From Mobula hypostoma (taxonomy: Eukaryota), in contig NC_086097.1 in NCBI RefSeq assembly GCF_963921235.1, positions 99,698,001 to 99,762,000 on the forward strand: a DNA stretch of 64,000 nt, read 5' to 3'. Of this stretch, positions 49,301-62,559 are shown piece after piece (the first letter of the stretch is position 1; every line of letters starts with the position of its first letter). Position numbers and translations under genes: made by a program. The notes under the pieces were generated by a model. The model saw nothing but the letters and a program-made list of their open reading frames with translations, was not told the origin of the DNA and did not search any database.

Positions 49301-50454
49301 AGGAAATCAACCCATTGGTTGGTTTATACTAATACTTCCCTGTTTTTTTTATCAACGTGGTCATCAACCTTTTCGTTAAAAAGAACTTTTGTTTTCCCTT
49401 GTGTGTAGCACTGTATACTTCAGCCTTTGGTTGATGTGATTTCAGTTTTGAATCTGTATGTATTTTGCTGTTGGGCATTTCTCACAGAAATGAATATCAA
49501 TGTTTGAACTCCTGGATTTCAAATTTTGTTTTTATCTTCTGTATCCAGAACTTAGATTTACATTATTGGTTGGGAAAGTAAAAGTGCCCCATTATGCATA
49601 GAAGCTGACTTCCCTTCAGGAGTTCCATTAGATATATTTTAGCATCTTTCCAGCATTAAAATCTCTCATCCGCTTAGTTTTACATTTGTTAATTGTTGTT
49701 CAGAGATCCGATGTCTTGTCTGTTCATTTTGTCTAGTTGTAGTTCAGTGCCACTGATGTTTACTGTCCTGCATTTTCTATTCCAGGTTTTCAGCACTGGG
49801 GTTTATTCCGCCCTAATCAGTTGGAAGTAGAATGTGCTCAATTATATTTAAAGTTTGGATCATTTCTAACAAAATCCTAAGATCTGGGCTCAAATAAAAC
49901 CCCACTAAGAAAAGGCAGGACCATCCAAGCTGAATTATGCATTGTAGCTCTTTGCCAATCTATCCTGATAGATATCAATTAAATGTACTAACTGTTGATT
50001 GATCTTTCTGATTGTCAAAGCCAAAAAGTTTTTTAGAGTACGGAAACTGCTTCCCTGAAAGGAACTAGCTAAACAGGTGATGGTACTTTGTACATTACTA
50101 CTTCAGTGCTTTCACTGTGTTTAGTACTCAGCTAGGGGAAAAATATTGATAGCCACAGTCTGAAATGAGAGCAGAAAATGTTGGACAGTCTAAGACTGCT
50201 TCTCTCAAAGGAGGATCAAGCAATTTAGTAGTACTTCTTTCGGTTAATGTCCTATGAAAAGCTCAACAGTGTAAACTCAGAATGAGATGGCAGAGATGTA
50301 ACGTGACATACATGGTGGCTTCAGGAAGACAAACTGAGAGAAGTGATAATAGAGAAATACTGCTATCTTCTTTAGCAATGATATTTGCCTCTTTTTAAGA
50401 AATCTATCCTGTTATTGCAGTAGTATTTTTGTATGGTAAAATGAATATTGGTAA

Positions 50455-50460
50455 AATAAA
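50455..50460 (+). terminator. Candidate NUSAP1 polyadenylation signal (alternative AATAAA at 49893)
   Basis: AATAAA followed by T/GT-rich sequence, at the end of an apparently repeat-free 3' UTR. Confidence 0.5.
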
Positions 50461-51429
50461 ACATTCTGTATTTGATTGTGAAGGCTGGATACCTACCAAT
50501 CCCACTGCCTTAGGATTTTTTTTAAATATAAATAATATTTGTATTTCTGTTAATGTTATGACATTCTACATAGTATTTCAGCTATGTTGGCAAAGATATT
50601 TTGATATTGGGGGGGGCGGGTACAAAAAGGAGATAATGGAACAGATAGCCAATAAGGTGGGTTTTAAGCAGCCCTTATTGTCCCAACTGCTATTAAGTTT
50701 TTAACTTGTCTCCCCTCTAGCTAAGTATCTTTCTTGCCCATCATTTGTAAATGATGTCCCTTTGTCATTTAGCTGTCTGCTACTGGCAAGTGCTTCCTGT
50801 TTACCTTGCCTAAATGTAATCAAAGTTCAATTTATTATTGAAGTACATGTGTCACAATATACAACCAAAATTCATTTTCTTGCAGGCATTCACAGTGGAA
50901 CAAATAAGTGCAATGGAATTGATGGAAAAACTACACACAAAGACTGAAAAACAATGAGGAAAAGACAAACTGTACAATTCTGTTAGCTTTCTCAACAATT
51001 TTTGTTCCAGAATTAGCAACATTGGCTTCTACTATCTAATCATAATTAAAATCCTTCCCTGAAACTATTTGACAAGGGCTTTACTGGAACTTTTCAGAAT
51101 GCAAAAACACAAGGAATGACTTCATGCTTGCTTCACTGTTTAATGTGATCACAGCTGCAACAATATTGATCTCCATGCTACCTTTGTTTTTGCAAAATAC
51201 AATCCTTCTGAAGAATTAATCAGCACTAGCAACTTCTGTGAGGAAAGGAATTGTCAATTTTTCTGGTCAAAACCCTGGTTGGTATGATAAGTTCCAGCAC
51301 CTTTTGAAGTAGGAAATTATGGACACCTGCTGTTGGATGTGGAAAAACCACATGCAGTATGTCTGAATTGTCAGACTTATGTAAATGCTTCATTTCACTT
51401 GTATGTTTATATCTGCCTTTGGATAGTTA

Positions 51430-52876
51430 TTAGTCCATACTAAACTAATATTCTGCCTACAGCATAAACCTCTATACCCTCCCCATGCACGTACTTATCG
51501 AAACATCTCTTAAATGTTGAAATTGAATCCATATTCACCACTTATGCTGGCAGCTTGTTCCACACAGAATGGCACACTCACTAGCCGGAGTGAAGAAATT
51601 TGCCCTCATGTTCCCCTTAAACATTTCACCTTTCACCCTTAGCTTCTGACCTCTACTTGCATTTGCCTTGTCTATACCCCTGAGTTTTGAACACGTCTAT
51701 AAAATCTTCCCCTCATTCACCTACGCTCCAGGTAATAAGGTCCTAACCTATTCAAGCTTTCCTGTAATTTAGGTTCTCAAGAACCAACATCATACTTTAA
51801 AATTTTCCCTATACTGTTTCAATTTTATTGATGTCTTTCCAGTAGATGTGATCAGAACTACACACAATTCTCCAGATCTAGTCTCACCAATGTAACTTTC
51901 AATCCTGTACCCAATGCTCTGATATATGAAGGCCAATGTGCCAGAAGCTCTCTTTGTGACCCTATATATCTCTGATGCCACTTTCATGGAATTATGGATC
52001 TATTCCCAGATCTCTCTGTTTTGACTCAGTGCCCTGCCGTTCACTGTACGTCTTCCTCCTCAAGTGCAACACCTCACATTTGTCTGCAATAAGTTCTACA
52101 TTTCATTTTTCTATCTAGTCCAGATCCTGCTGCAAGCTTTAATAGTATACTTCACTGTCCACTACATCAGGTGACATCTCAAATTTGCTGATCCAATTTA
52201 CCACATTATCGTCCAGATCATTGCTTATAGATGACAAATAACAATGGACTCAACATCAATCCCCGTGGCGTTCTACAGTTGCAAGCCTCCAAGACTGGTT
52301 GGACACAACCTACCCCGCATGTTGACTAACTCTAGAGAGGTAACCATCTACTACCACTCCCCGGCTTCTTCCATGAAGCCAATGTCAAATCCAATTAACC
52401 ACCTCAGCCTGAAGGCCAAGCAACTAACCTTTCATCAACTTTCCTGATCACCTGGGAAAACTATGATTGGTTAGACACAACCTACCACACACTGAGCCAT
52501 GTTGACTAACTAACCAAAAACATATTTCTGGTCCTGTTGAATACCGCACAATAACTTTCCCACTATCAAAGTCAGGCTCACAGGCTTATAATTTCCTACC
52601 TTGTTCTTGGGAACTTTCATAAACAGTGGAACAACATCAGCTTTTTCCTGATCCTCTGGCATCTCGCCATGGCAAAGACAGTTTAAATGCCATATGCTCG
52701 GGCCCCTGCAATTTCTGTACTAGCCTCCCACAGGGTCTAAGGAGATACCTGGTCAAGCCCCGAGGATTTATCTGCCCTACTTTGCCTCATGATATCAAGA
52801 ACAACCTCCTCTGTAATCCATATACAATCCATAACCTCACAGCTGTCTTACCTCAGTTCTATAGCCTCTGTGTATG
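51430..52876 (-). mobile_element. Degenerate CR1 fragment, target of the ERV insertion
   Basis: KRASGTLAFIYQSIGYR and other CR1 ORF2 remnants on the - strand. Confidence 0.75.
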
Positions 52877-53468
52877 TGTCAGAGAAACTTACCATTGCCA
52901 ATTAGACTTAAACAAAGACACAGACCCCTGGTGTTCAGTTTAATTACTTTATTACATGATCACGGAGATCCCACTAAGAGACCCCACCGAAGTGAGCACA
53001 AGCATGGTCTTTTGTACCTTAAAGTACACGCATTTCAGCAGTTTTCAGGGGTGAAGAGTTCCTTATTGACAGGATTCCAGATGCTTCCATACATTACGCA
53101 AAATTAGACATGGGTCCTCACATACACGATCAGTCCCCATTAATTATTAGCCAAGCCGTTATTTCTGTAGCCTTGAAGTCTGAAGGAATGTCCCCCATTA
53201 ATTATAAGAAGCCAAGCCATTAATCGTATAGCCTGGAAAGCCAATGGTCTCTCCCCACATTGATTATTTTGAAAAAACAAGTCATTAGTCATGTAGCCTT
53301 GAGGGCTAATGGTTCCTCCTTACCCACAACATCTGTGTGTTATCAGTTCTTTGTTTCTAACAGGACTTGTTGCTAATTAGTATGAGGAGACAGACCCCAT
53401 CTACTTCTTACCCTGTTATTCTCATAATTTTGTTAACCATTAATTCTGAAGCTCAACTTTCTTCCACA
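52877..53468 (-). mobile_element. ERV 3' LTR (592 bp)
   Basis: The - strand reads TGTGGAAG...CTCTGACA; preceded by PPT AAAAAGGAGGGG+AT (53469-53482); AATAAA on - at 52948-52953; internal ~60-bp imperfect repeats. Confidence 0.85.
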
Positions 53469-53498
53469 ATCCCCTCCTTTTTGATCATCAGATCAACT

Positions 53499-54898
53499 TT
53501 ATTCCTCTTCATCTTCTGGATAAGGGGCTTCATAACCTGGGGGCAGAGACTGCATGTCTAAACAAGGGTCTTCATCATATTTAGGATCAAAGGATTCCAA
53601 CTTCATCTTTGGAAACGTCTCTGTGGATCTATGCCAAGGCAGGGATACCAGGGCACAAGTAAAGCTAAAGATTGTTACTACCACTCATATCAATACCAGT
53701 AACAATCTATAATGCACCACCATTGTCCACCACCCGCCTAAGAGATTCCCAAAAGTCCACCACCCCCTGGAAGGATTATAGTTCTAGAATTCTCCTACCT
53801 TACATATTTGTTTAGCACTCTTCTGAATATAGTCCGCCGGATGGGTTATATTCTTGGACTCGCATACAGGTGCAACATTCCTGTCCTATGATAGCACAGG
53901 TTCCACCTTTCTCAGCTAGTATGAAGTCCAGAGCCATTCTATTTTGCAGGGCTAATGGATACTACCTCAGCAGTTTGTTCCTTAATCTGCTGCTGAGTTT
54001 CCTCCAGGGCCAAAGCGATATCATTGGCCAAGGGCTGAGGGCCACTCATGTATTCCTGAGCTGCTCTGCCTGCCCCAAGCACAGGAAACATCATCATCCC
54101 AAAGCCCTCAGTCTCAGTAATAGCTCTCTCCATCCGGATGCTAGGATGCAAGTTTAAGAATTTTAGAATCTGCATGAAGGGAACCACATAGGCCGGTTAA
54201 CAGGTCCCTACCGAGTTTCGGGGCAGCCAGGGATAGGCGCGGTAGCCGCAGACAAAGTAAGTACCCTTATGGGGAATCCTATTGAAAATGGCCATATTGG
54301 TGTGTCATATTTACAAAAAATGAGTGGCATTTTCACTTCGATTTCAATGGGCAGCACCTCCCTCAGGTGTTCTGTTTGCAGTCTTTCTCTTAAAGAATAA
54401 GAGGCTACAAGTGGGTCGCTGAAGTCAAGGGTTTGTAGACAGCGGCTAATACCAACAGACCTCAGTTTCCCTGACCCCAAGAGGGAGCTACACTTTACAC
54501 ACAATTCTCCCAAAGGGGAACAGCTCAATATTAGAAACAGGAGAAGTGGGGCACATTATACTGAGGTTGATAGGCACCCCCTTAAAGATCTCCAAACTAT
54601 ATCCTTCCTGTGTCCATTTTTCCTTATGTTTTGTCATCGCTCCTTCCCAATTACCCGCTTCCCACTTGTAAGTGGTCCCGTTCTGATGGAGGATCCATTG
54701 GGGCACTTCGTCCTCCTTGAGGGGAACAGGCCGGAAATGGACATCACCCCCACCCCTTGCTGTGCTGAGGGATGTGAGTACATATCCAGCAAGCGAAGCT
54801 GGAGTGCACAGCAAATTCATAACTAAGAGATAAAAATGTATTATATATTCAGAGGCCTGTGCCTGAAAGAGTCCAAGCAATAATATAACAACTTCCAA
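53499..54898 (-). pseudogene. env: ERV env remnant, gamma-type TM
   Basis: Hydrophobic signal VVILLLGLFQAQA; RMER|AITETEGFGMMMFPVLG cleavage/fusion region; ISD LQNRMALDFILAEKGGT and CX6CC (CAIIGQECC) near 53866-53953; frameshifted. Confidence 0.9.
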
Positions 54899-55003
54899 TC
54901 TTCGTTTGGGTCGCCAGGCTGTCCTTCACTGTGACTGAGCTTCCTCCGCGTCCCGTGAATCCAGTCGGCCTTTCCTCCTACTTTTACTGCAGTCGTTCTC
55001 GCC

Positions 55004-56070
55004 ATGAACATTTGCTCCCAGGATGAGGCTTTGCATTCTAAAATGAAGGAGATGTCCTCCTCTTTCAAAGAAAGGGCTTCCCTTCCTCCACCATCAACAC
55101 TGCCCTCAACCACATCTCTTTCATTTCACTTGTTTGCTGTTACCCCAATCCTCCCACCAGCCTCCACGTCCAGTACATACTTCTTCAAAACTTGCGCCAT
55201 CTCCAACGAGATCCCACCACCAAGCACATCTTCCGCCTCCCCCCCACCAGCCCCCACACTTTCTGCTTTCCACGGGGATCGCTCCCTACACAACTCACTT
55301 GTGCATTCGTCCTTCCCAGCTGATCTCCCTTCTGGCACTTATCCTCGTAAGTGCTACACCTGCCTCTACACCTCCTCCCTCACTACCATTCAGGGCCCTA
55401 AACAGTCCTTCCGGGTAAGGCGACACTTCACCTGTGAGCCTGTTCAGGTCATTTACTGCGTTCGGTGCTCCCAGTGTGGAGACCCAACATAGATTGGGAG
55501 ACCACTTCCCTAAGATTCTACGCTCTGTCCACCAGAACAAGTGGGAGCTCCCAGTGGCCACCTATTTTAATTCCACTTGCCATTCCCATTCCGATATGTC
55601 CATCCACGGCATCCTCCACTGTCGTGATGGGGCCACACTTAGGTTGGAGGAACAACACCTCGTATTCTGTTTGGGTAGCCTCCAACTTGATGGCATAAAC
55701 ATCGATTTCTCAAACTTCCGGTAATGGCCCCCTCCTTCACCATTTCCCATCCCCTTTTCCCTCTCTCACTTTAATTTCACTTCCTGCCCATCACCTCCCT
55801 CTGGTGCTCCTCCTCACATTTTGTTTCTTCCATGGCCTTCTGTCTCTTTCACCAATTAACTTCCCGGCTCTTACTACATCTCTCCCCCTCCAGGTTTCAC
55901 CTATCTCTCTCCCCTCCCCGCACCTTTCAAATCTCCTCAGATCTTTTCCCCCAGACCTGCTGAAGGGTTTCAGCTCAAAATGTCAACTGTACTTTCTTCC
56001 ATGGATGCTGCCCGTCCTGCTGCATATTGTGTGTGTTGCTTGGATTTCCAGCATCTACAGAATTTCTCTT
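55004..56070 (+). mobile_element. Penelope-like GIY-YIG fragment inserted in the ERV integrase
   Basis: TIQGPKQSFRVRRHFTCEPVQVIYCVRCSQCG and LEEQHLVFCLGSLQLDGINIDFSNFR. Confidence 0.8.
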
Positions 56071-56366
56071 GTTAAAAGGGATGAGTATTCTCTTCCCCCG
56101 GCTGAGGTAAAACAGCTGCCACTCGCCCCTGATTCAATCTTATGGCTTTACCCCAAAATTTAACAATTTCAATAGTTTTCTCATTGGTCCAGACTAGAGA
56201 GTTTTGGGCACTTGCCGGCATTGGTCGTCCCATTAATACTTTGAACGGGGTTAATTTAGTTGTCCGGTTTATTTGATCATATAAAGTCATGGGAAGGGCC
56301 TCCGGCCACTCCCATCCAGTTTCCTGACGTGATTTAGCCAATGTATCTTTTAATACTCCATTCATT

Positions 56367-56608
56367 CTTTCCACTATTCCCGAGGATGATACTCCCAAAT
56401 GAAACCCAATTCTTTGATTAGTTTATCTTTCCACTAATCCCGAGGATGATACTCCCAAATGAAACCCAATTCTTTGATTAGTTTACCTTTCCACTAATCC
56501 CGAGGATGATACTCCCAAATGAAACCCAATTCTTTGATTAGTTTACCTTTCCACTAATCCCGAGGATGATACTCCCAAATGAAACCCAATTCTTTGATTA
56601 GTTTACCT
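56367..56608. repeat. Four tandem copies of a 60-bp unit inside the integrase core
   Basis: TTCCACTAATCCCGAGGATGATACTCCCAAATGAAACCCAATTCTTTGATTAGTTTACCT repeated with an exact 60-bp period. Confidence 0.95.
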
Positions 56609-57871
56609 GTAAAATGACCACTATAAAACTTGTATGGCACATCAAATCTGCAAATAATCTCCTTCATCAATGTCTTTACCCTGTTCGAGTATCATCCTTT
56701 CTAGTGGGAAAGGCCTCCGCTCACTTGGAGAACATATCCACTATTACCAACAGATATTATTCCCCCCCGCCCCCACCATTCACCACCACTGGTAGGCATG
56801 TGCACAAAGTCTATCTGCAGATTGGCAAATGGCGCCTCTGCAGGTGGCAATTTAGCAGGTGATATTCCTCTATTATTTCATTGGCATTTTCCACAGCTTC
56901 ACACAACCTATCCCGCAATTGCTGTCAGCCTTGCTGCAAACCATTGTCGTATCCGATGTGTAATTCCACCCCCCTCCCTTCCTACATGACCTTTTCCATG
57001 CACTTGACTAACCGAACAAAGGCGTGCAGGAGATTTCTGAGGCACAACGGGTGACTGCCTCGATGTCTCCATACCCCCTCACCGGCATCATTTTTTCATC
57101 AGTGGTGGCCCTTTTAGCCGCCATATCGGCGGCCTTGTTACCCCGTGCTATGGGGTCTGGAGCATTAGTGTGAGCTTCGCACTAAATGACAGCAATTTGG
57201 TTTGGTAACTGCACTGCTTGCAATAAACTCTTAACAAGGTGCACGTGTTGTATAGGCTTCCCCGAAGATGTAATAAACCCTCTCTGTTGCCAGAGTGACC
57301 AAAAGTCGTGCACCACCCCAAAAGTATATCTAGAGCCCGTACTGTGTGTCCCTCTGCTAGAATACAAGCGGGTGTCAGGGGAGAAAGTTAATTTGCCTGA
57401 GCGGACGTTCCTTGGGGGAGAGCCCCTGCATCTAATGTCTCAAAAGGAGTAACTACTGCATAACCTGCCAGTACTGTGTGGTAATTAGGCTTACAAGAGG
57501 AACCGTTCGTAAAGAGTATCAAGTCCGAGTTTTTGAGAGGCACTGTAGATAAATCCGGTGGGGGTGGGGTGACAATTTCGACCACTTTTACAGAGTCAGA
57601 TGGAATAGTGTTGGGAAATATGTAATAATGCATTTTGGTAAAAAGAATAATGGTGCAGTCTATCATCTAAAGGGGGGAGGTTAATTTACAGGTTGAGTGT
57701 GGTAAAGAAGGCAAATGCAATATTGACATTTATTTGAAGGGGAACAGAATATAAAAGCAAGAAGATAATGCTGAAGCTTTATAAGACACCAGTCAGGCCA
57801 CATTTGGAGTGTTGTCAACAGTTTGGGCCCCATAGCTCAGAAAGGATATGTTGTCATTGAAGAGAGGCCAG

Positions 57872-59524
57872 TGTCGTGGTCTGTCTGTATCTTGTTTTAT
57901 GGCAGTTGGCATCCAGCTTAATGGTGCATTGCCGCCACCCTCTGCTCCAGAATGTGCACTAGACATACATTCTAAATCCCTTCACCCAATCACACACACA
58001 CATATATATATATATACACACAAACCTACACTTCACCCTCCCATCTTTGACCATCCTCGTATCCTATTCCTGTTTATTCGTCATATTCTATAAAAAACCC
58101 CTGTACCCCTTAAAAACGCTAAAAATGATTTGCAGTTCTTGTAACTAACTGAAGGACTTCATAAAGTACATCTTGCCGACTGTTTGTGTGAAAAGACCTT
58201 AAACTTGCTAGAACTGAGGATGAATCTGAACGTATCAATGCTTTGGCTTGTCTGGCTTTCTGCACCCATTGCAACGCAACCAACACTGCCAGCATCTCCA
58301 CTGTAAACACCCCTAACTTATTAGATGTTCTTCTGCTGATTCCAATTTATTTTGCTGGTATGACCACCCCAAACCCTGTCACTCCTGTTTCAGGTCAGTG
58401 TCGTAGTCCGGATCGGGGTCCCTTTAAATTTACCTTGTTTATGTTACGATCCGGACCGTTGATTCCCTGTTTTCCCGTGTCCCTCGACTTTGGTGATTAG
58501 AGGCAATTAACGCTCGGCTGAACCGGTAGTTTATAGTCTCCGGCTTTCAGCCGTTCGGTGTGGGAGCGTCTGCAAAGTTATTAAAGGTACAGTGTGTTGA
58601 TGTCATCTGGCCAGAGTAAGCCTAGTCTCTGTCGAAGCGAGTGCCGGTAATTCGCCCTTCCTCACCAGGCACCCCTGTCCAGTTACCTCGCCGAAGCGAG
58701 CCTGCAAAGTTTCCTCGCCGAGGTGGGTCCGTCAGTTAACCCGCCGGAGGGAATCAAGAACTGCTGTCTACTGTTCCCGAGCCGAGTCGAGAGCTCGCCA
58801 CTACCCGGAGGCTCCAAGTCAAGTCCTGGCCCTGGTGGCATTCTAGCACCAAGTCAAGTCCTGGTCCTGGCGGCTTCCCAGTTCCGAGTCAAGTCCTGGC
58901 CCTGGAGGTCTGTGATTCCCGTCCACCCCCCCCCCCGTCTGAATCCCTTCTCTGCCTCTCTTGCCTCTAGCCCTCGTCTGCAGCCCCCGCCTGCACTTTG
59001 GTCTAGTTCCATCACTGGAGCTAGATAGGTACTGTCTGGTCTTCATTTGTGCTGGTCTGGTCTTATCTTGTTTTGCCCTCCGCTCCGTGGGGTAAGTCAG
59101 GCTGTCTTGCCGTTGCCCAGTTGGGAGTCATGAGTCCCGGCCCTATGTCCTGTACCCAAGGAGGGGTCCCGACTCTGTTCTGTGCATGTGTCCATGGTTC
59201 CATGTACCTGCTCCCTGAGACTGAGGCTCTGTTTTCCATGTTCCTCCTCTCCCTAGCCCAGGTACTGGGTCCTTGTCCAGTCTCGGGCTCGGAGTCCATA
59301 CCCTAGTTTCTTCATGTCTCCTCTAGTTCTGGGAGCCGATTCCGAGTCCAAGCCCAGACCCTTGGTCCCAGCCTAGTCGTAGTCCTGAATCCTTGTCCAG
59401 TTCGCTACTCCTGCTCCTGCCTTGCTCTCCTGGTATCGAACAATAAACTAAATCTAATTAACCTCACAAGGTGTGTCCTGCATTTGGGTCCACCCTTGCT
59501 CCCTATGCCCCCGCCATTGTGACA
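57872..59524 (+). mobile_element. Solo LTR (probably Gypsy-type), about 1.1 kb without the nested Nimb
   Basis: TGTCGT...GTGACA termini; 5-bp TSD GCCAG (57867-57871 and 59525-59529); AATAAA near 59442; no internal coding domain. Confidence 0.8.
57884..58391 (-). mobile_element. Internally deleted Nimb/I-group LINE (RNase H piece plus 3' end)
   Basis: FTVEMLAVLVALQWV...IRSDSSSVLASL RNase H motif; flanked by a 19-bp duplication with 3 mismatches (57865-57883 and 58392-58410). Confidence 0.75.
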
Positions 59525-62079
59525 GCCAGAGGACGTTCACAAGGATGATCCGAGAATGAAGGGGTTAACACAGGAGGGTATGGCAGTTCTGGGCCTGTAC
59601 TCACTGGAATTTAGAAGAAGGTGGGGTGGGGGTCAGAGTTTATTGAAACCTACTGAATGCTGAAAGGACGAGATCGAGTGGATGTGGAGAGGTTGTTTTC
59701 TATGGTGGGGATATCGAGAACTAGAGGGCACAGTCTCAAAATTGAGGGGCGACCTTTTAGAACGGAGGCAAGGATGAATTTTCTTTTAGCCAGAGGGTGG
59801 TGATTCTGTGGAAAGTTCTGCCACAGACCGCAGGGGAGGCCAAGTGCATGGGTATATTTAAGGTGGAATTTGATAGATTCCTGATCGATCAGGGCATCAA
59901 GGATTATGGCGAGAAGGCAGATGAATAGGGTTGAGCGGAATCCAGGATTACATGATGGAATGGCGGAGGAGACTCGATGGGAAATAGGCTAGGATTCCAC
60001 CATAGAGACCGGACCAGGGCAGCCGGGTTGAGGACCGATGCCCTTCTGAAGGTTAAGTTCGATTTGATCAGCAGCTTGAGTTCATACCCGTTCGGCGGGC
60101 TGTGGTAAAGTATTGTGCAGCTGCCGAGTTGAGAAACAGCATCACCACATGAGGTGTCAGCACTGTGGCCGAGTACTGAGGATGCAGTCTTTCAACCGTC
60201 ACTGCATTTGCGGCCGCTGGCCTCAAACATCCTGGCATTCCTCCAACCAGTACGCCACAGGTCATCTTAGCCTCCCAGGTTCCTGGTCAGTATCGCACTG
60301 GCAAAGCCCTCCCTCTCGTTCGCATACAGCTGGAATGGCCTCCAGTAGTCCGGCAGTCCCAGGGCGGGCGCCTGTATCCGGGCACCCTTCCATGCCTCAT
60401 AAGCTTGTTCCATATCCTCTGTCCACGGTATGGAGTCCGGGGCTGCTTGACTCTCAGGGCAGCATCATAGAGCCAGTATTTAGGGACCCAATGTCTGCAA
60501 TAGTTCGTCAAGCCCGAAGAGACTATCATCTGCTTCTGGGTAGCCGGCCTGGGCGCCTGTACAATAGCTGTTATGCGCTCCAGCGCCAGCCAGCGGGTCC
60601 CTTCGGCAGCACATCCGCCAGCCATGTCGCCGTACATTGACAGAACTGCAGTTTAGGTAGCGGTGCTCGGTGTTGTCCAGCTGCTAAGTGATTACGTAAA
60701 GTCACGGACTCCTTGCTACAGATGGTCAACGTTTGTGAGGCCAACATCCACTGCAATATCCTGCCGTCTCCGGGTCCGGGCGGTGATAAATCACGGACAG
60801 CAGCCGCATTGAGGCTGGGCTTTCTGCACGGCCTGAGGTGACCTTGTCCGCTGCCGTCCCTAACAGGTAAAGGCCAATAGCTGAGGGTCTTCCAGCAGCG
60901 GTCACCCCACCCCCGGGTATTCACTGTTTTATGGACGGTGGTACTGTAACCATATTTTAAACTAAGTATACATACTGACTTGTATGTCTGTACCTTGTGA
61001 TATAAATAAACATTCATAGTTTTGTAAAAAAAAAGGGCGAACGGGTTCTGACTGTCTTCGTGCAGGGAGGGGTACTGAGAAGAAGGCTGAACGCAAATCG
61101 ATTCATTATACCAGCAGCTACCTGACGGGATAGAGGCCAATATCACATTGGTGCCTGCACTCCGGATGAAATGGGCAAGTCTCACACAAACCGCCGCTCA
61201 TCCAGTTTCCTGGCTTGGGAGTGGGTAGCAGGGCTTTGTGTTACTGGAAGAACACCTTAAGGTTTCAATCCCCATTCGTTGCCTTCTGGAGATAAGCGGG
61301 CTGCCTGGCGGACGGAGTCGGGCGTTTCGCTTGACCTATAAGGGTCTACGGATTTAACTAACCCCACATGATTCTTCTGTTGTGCCCACAACACCGGGTC
61401 CACCTGACGAATATCGTCAGGTTCACTCCACTGAGGTTCGTGGAGTGGGGGGGGGGAGGAGGGAGGTCTCCGTCTGTGAAACTCACATCCACTTGTGACG
61501 GAGGTAATATTATCACCCCGGCATCAGGTCCGTAATAAGTCACCCCTCCTTGGTGAGAAGGCTTTTGGTTCTCTAACACCCGCCTCTCCATAGTTCCCAG
61601 GTCTTTTGGTTAAAACGGGGGTTTAACTGGGTAAGCGAGTACTGGCCCCCGAGAAAATTTCCCGCTGTAAATCAGCTTCCGCGGCAATACCCTCTGGTCC
61701 AAAGACTACCTTCCCCGACAGAGAAATTAGCTCTTCCTGCCCCTCTTAACAATTCGCGTGATACCTGTAGTCACTGTCGGGGTCTGGGTCTTTAAAAGTA
61801 GCAATACGATGCAGGGCATGTGCCAATTAAATCATCCAAAATTTCCCATAGCCAAATAGCTTTCATGATTTTGCAGCTATAAGGAGCCACTTGATCCGTT
61901 ATGTAGTCTGTAGTGTTCTTTTTTCCTCTGGAGCATTATAATGCTTGGGCAGTCTAATTTCGGGATTTCAAGATACAAGCCCTCGGGGTGCAATGGTTAA
62001 CGGCATTTAATTGTCCTTTGGAAACGCCACGAAGGATGTACGGACGGTATTGTAGCACCGGAGTTGATCAGGACCGGGG

Positions 62080-62545
62080 TTGTGATGAAGCCACACTCAG
62101 GTCGGATCTTATATTCCGTCCGGGTAGCCACCAATCTGATAGCACGAACATCGACTTCTCAAACTTCCCGTAATGGTACACGCACCCCCGTCCCTCACCA
62201 TTCCCCTTTCCCTCCCTCACCTTATCTCCTTGTCAGCCCATCGCCTTCCCCTTTTTCCTTCTTCCACGGCCTTCTGTCCTTTGTATCAGATTCCCGCTTC
62301 TCCAGCCCCGTATCTCTCTCACCAATCAACTTCCCAGCTATTTAATTCATATCACCTGGTGTTTTCTCATCTCCTTCCCACCTTTTAAATCTACTTCTCA
62401 TCTTTTTTCTCCAGTCCTGTGAAGGGTCTCGGCCCGAAACAGCGACTGTTTACTCTTTTCCATAGATGCTGCCTGGCCTGCTGAGTTCCTCCAGAACTGA
62501 GTTTGTTGCTCGGATTTCCAGCTTCTGCAGATTTTCCCTCGTCTG
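62080..62545 (+). mobile_element. Penelope-like terminal fragment inserted near the ERV gag/pro boundary
   Basis: CDEATLR...GSHQSDSTNIDFSNF followed by the shared terminal repeat. Confidence 0.75.
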
Positions 62546-62559
62546 GGATTCTCTCGTCA

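Larger units (their letters stand above)
57596..59982 (+). mobile_element. CR1 3' fragment inserted in ERV pol, split by a solo LTR
   Basis: IMHFGKKN and LKLYKTPVRPHLECCQQF before 57872; CR1 sequence resumes at 59525 and runs to the 3' UTR. Confidence 0.8.
54900..61450 (-). pseudogene. pol: ERV pol remnant (RT, connection, RNase H, integrase), interrupted by insertions
   Basis: RT: LHEDSQ, KLQFCQ, GLTNYCRHWVP; connection: LNPAAL; RNase H: LFTNGSS, TSAQ, FGVVHDFWSLWQQRGFITSSGKPI; IN: LQIDF, SSGIVERMNGVLK, TTAVKVGGKADWIH. Confidence 0.9.

Noticed and set aside
50500..52876. NDUFAF1 exons, expected downstream of NUSAP1 from human synteny as I recall it
   Set aside because: No recognisable coding sequence; the region is mostly CR1 and Rex remnants
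53499..54898. Domesticated syncytin-like env
   Set aside because: The frame is broken by several frameshifts and stops, and it has no clear ATG start
61450..62080. ERV protease or an accessory gene between gag and RT
   Set aside because: The position fits protease, but no DTG/DSG motif or open frame could be read with confidence
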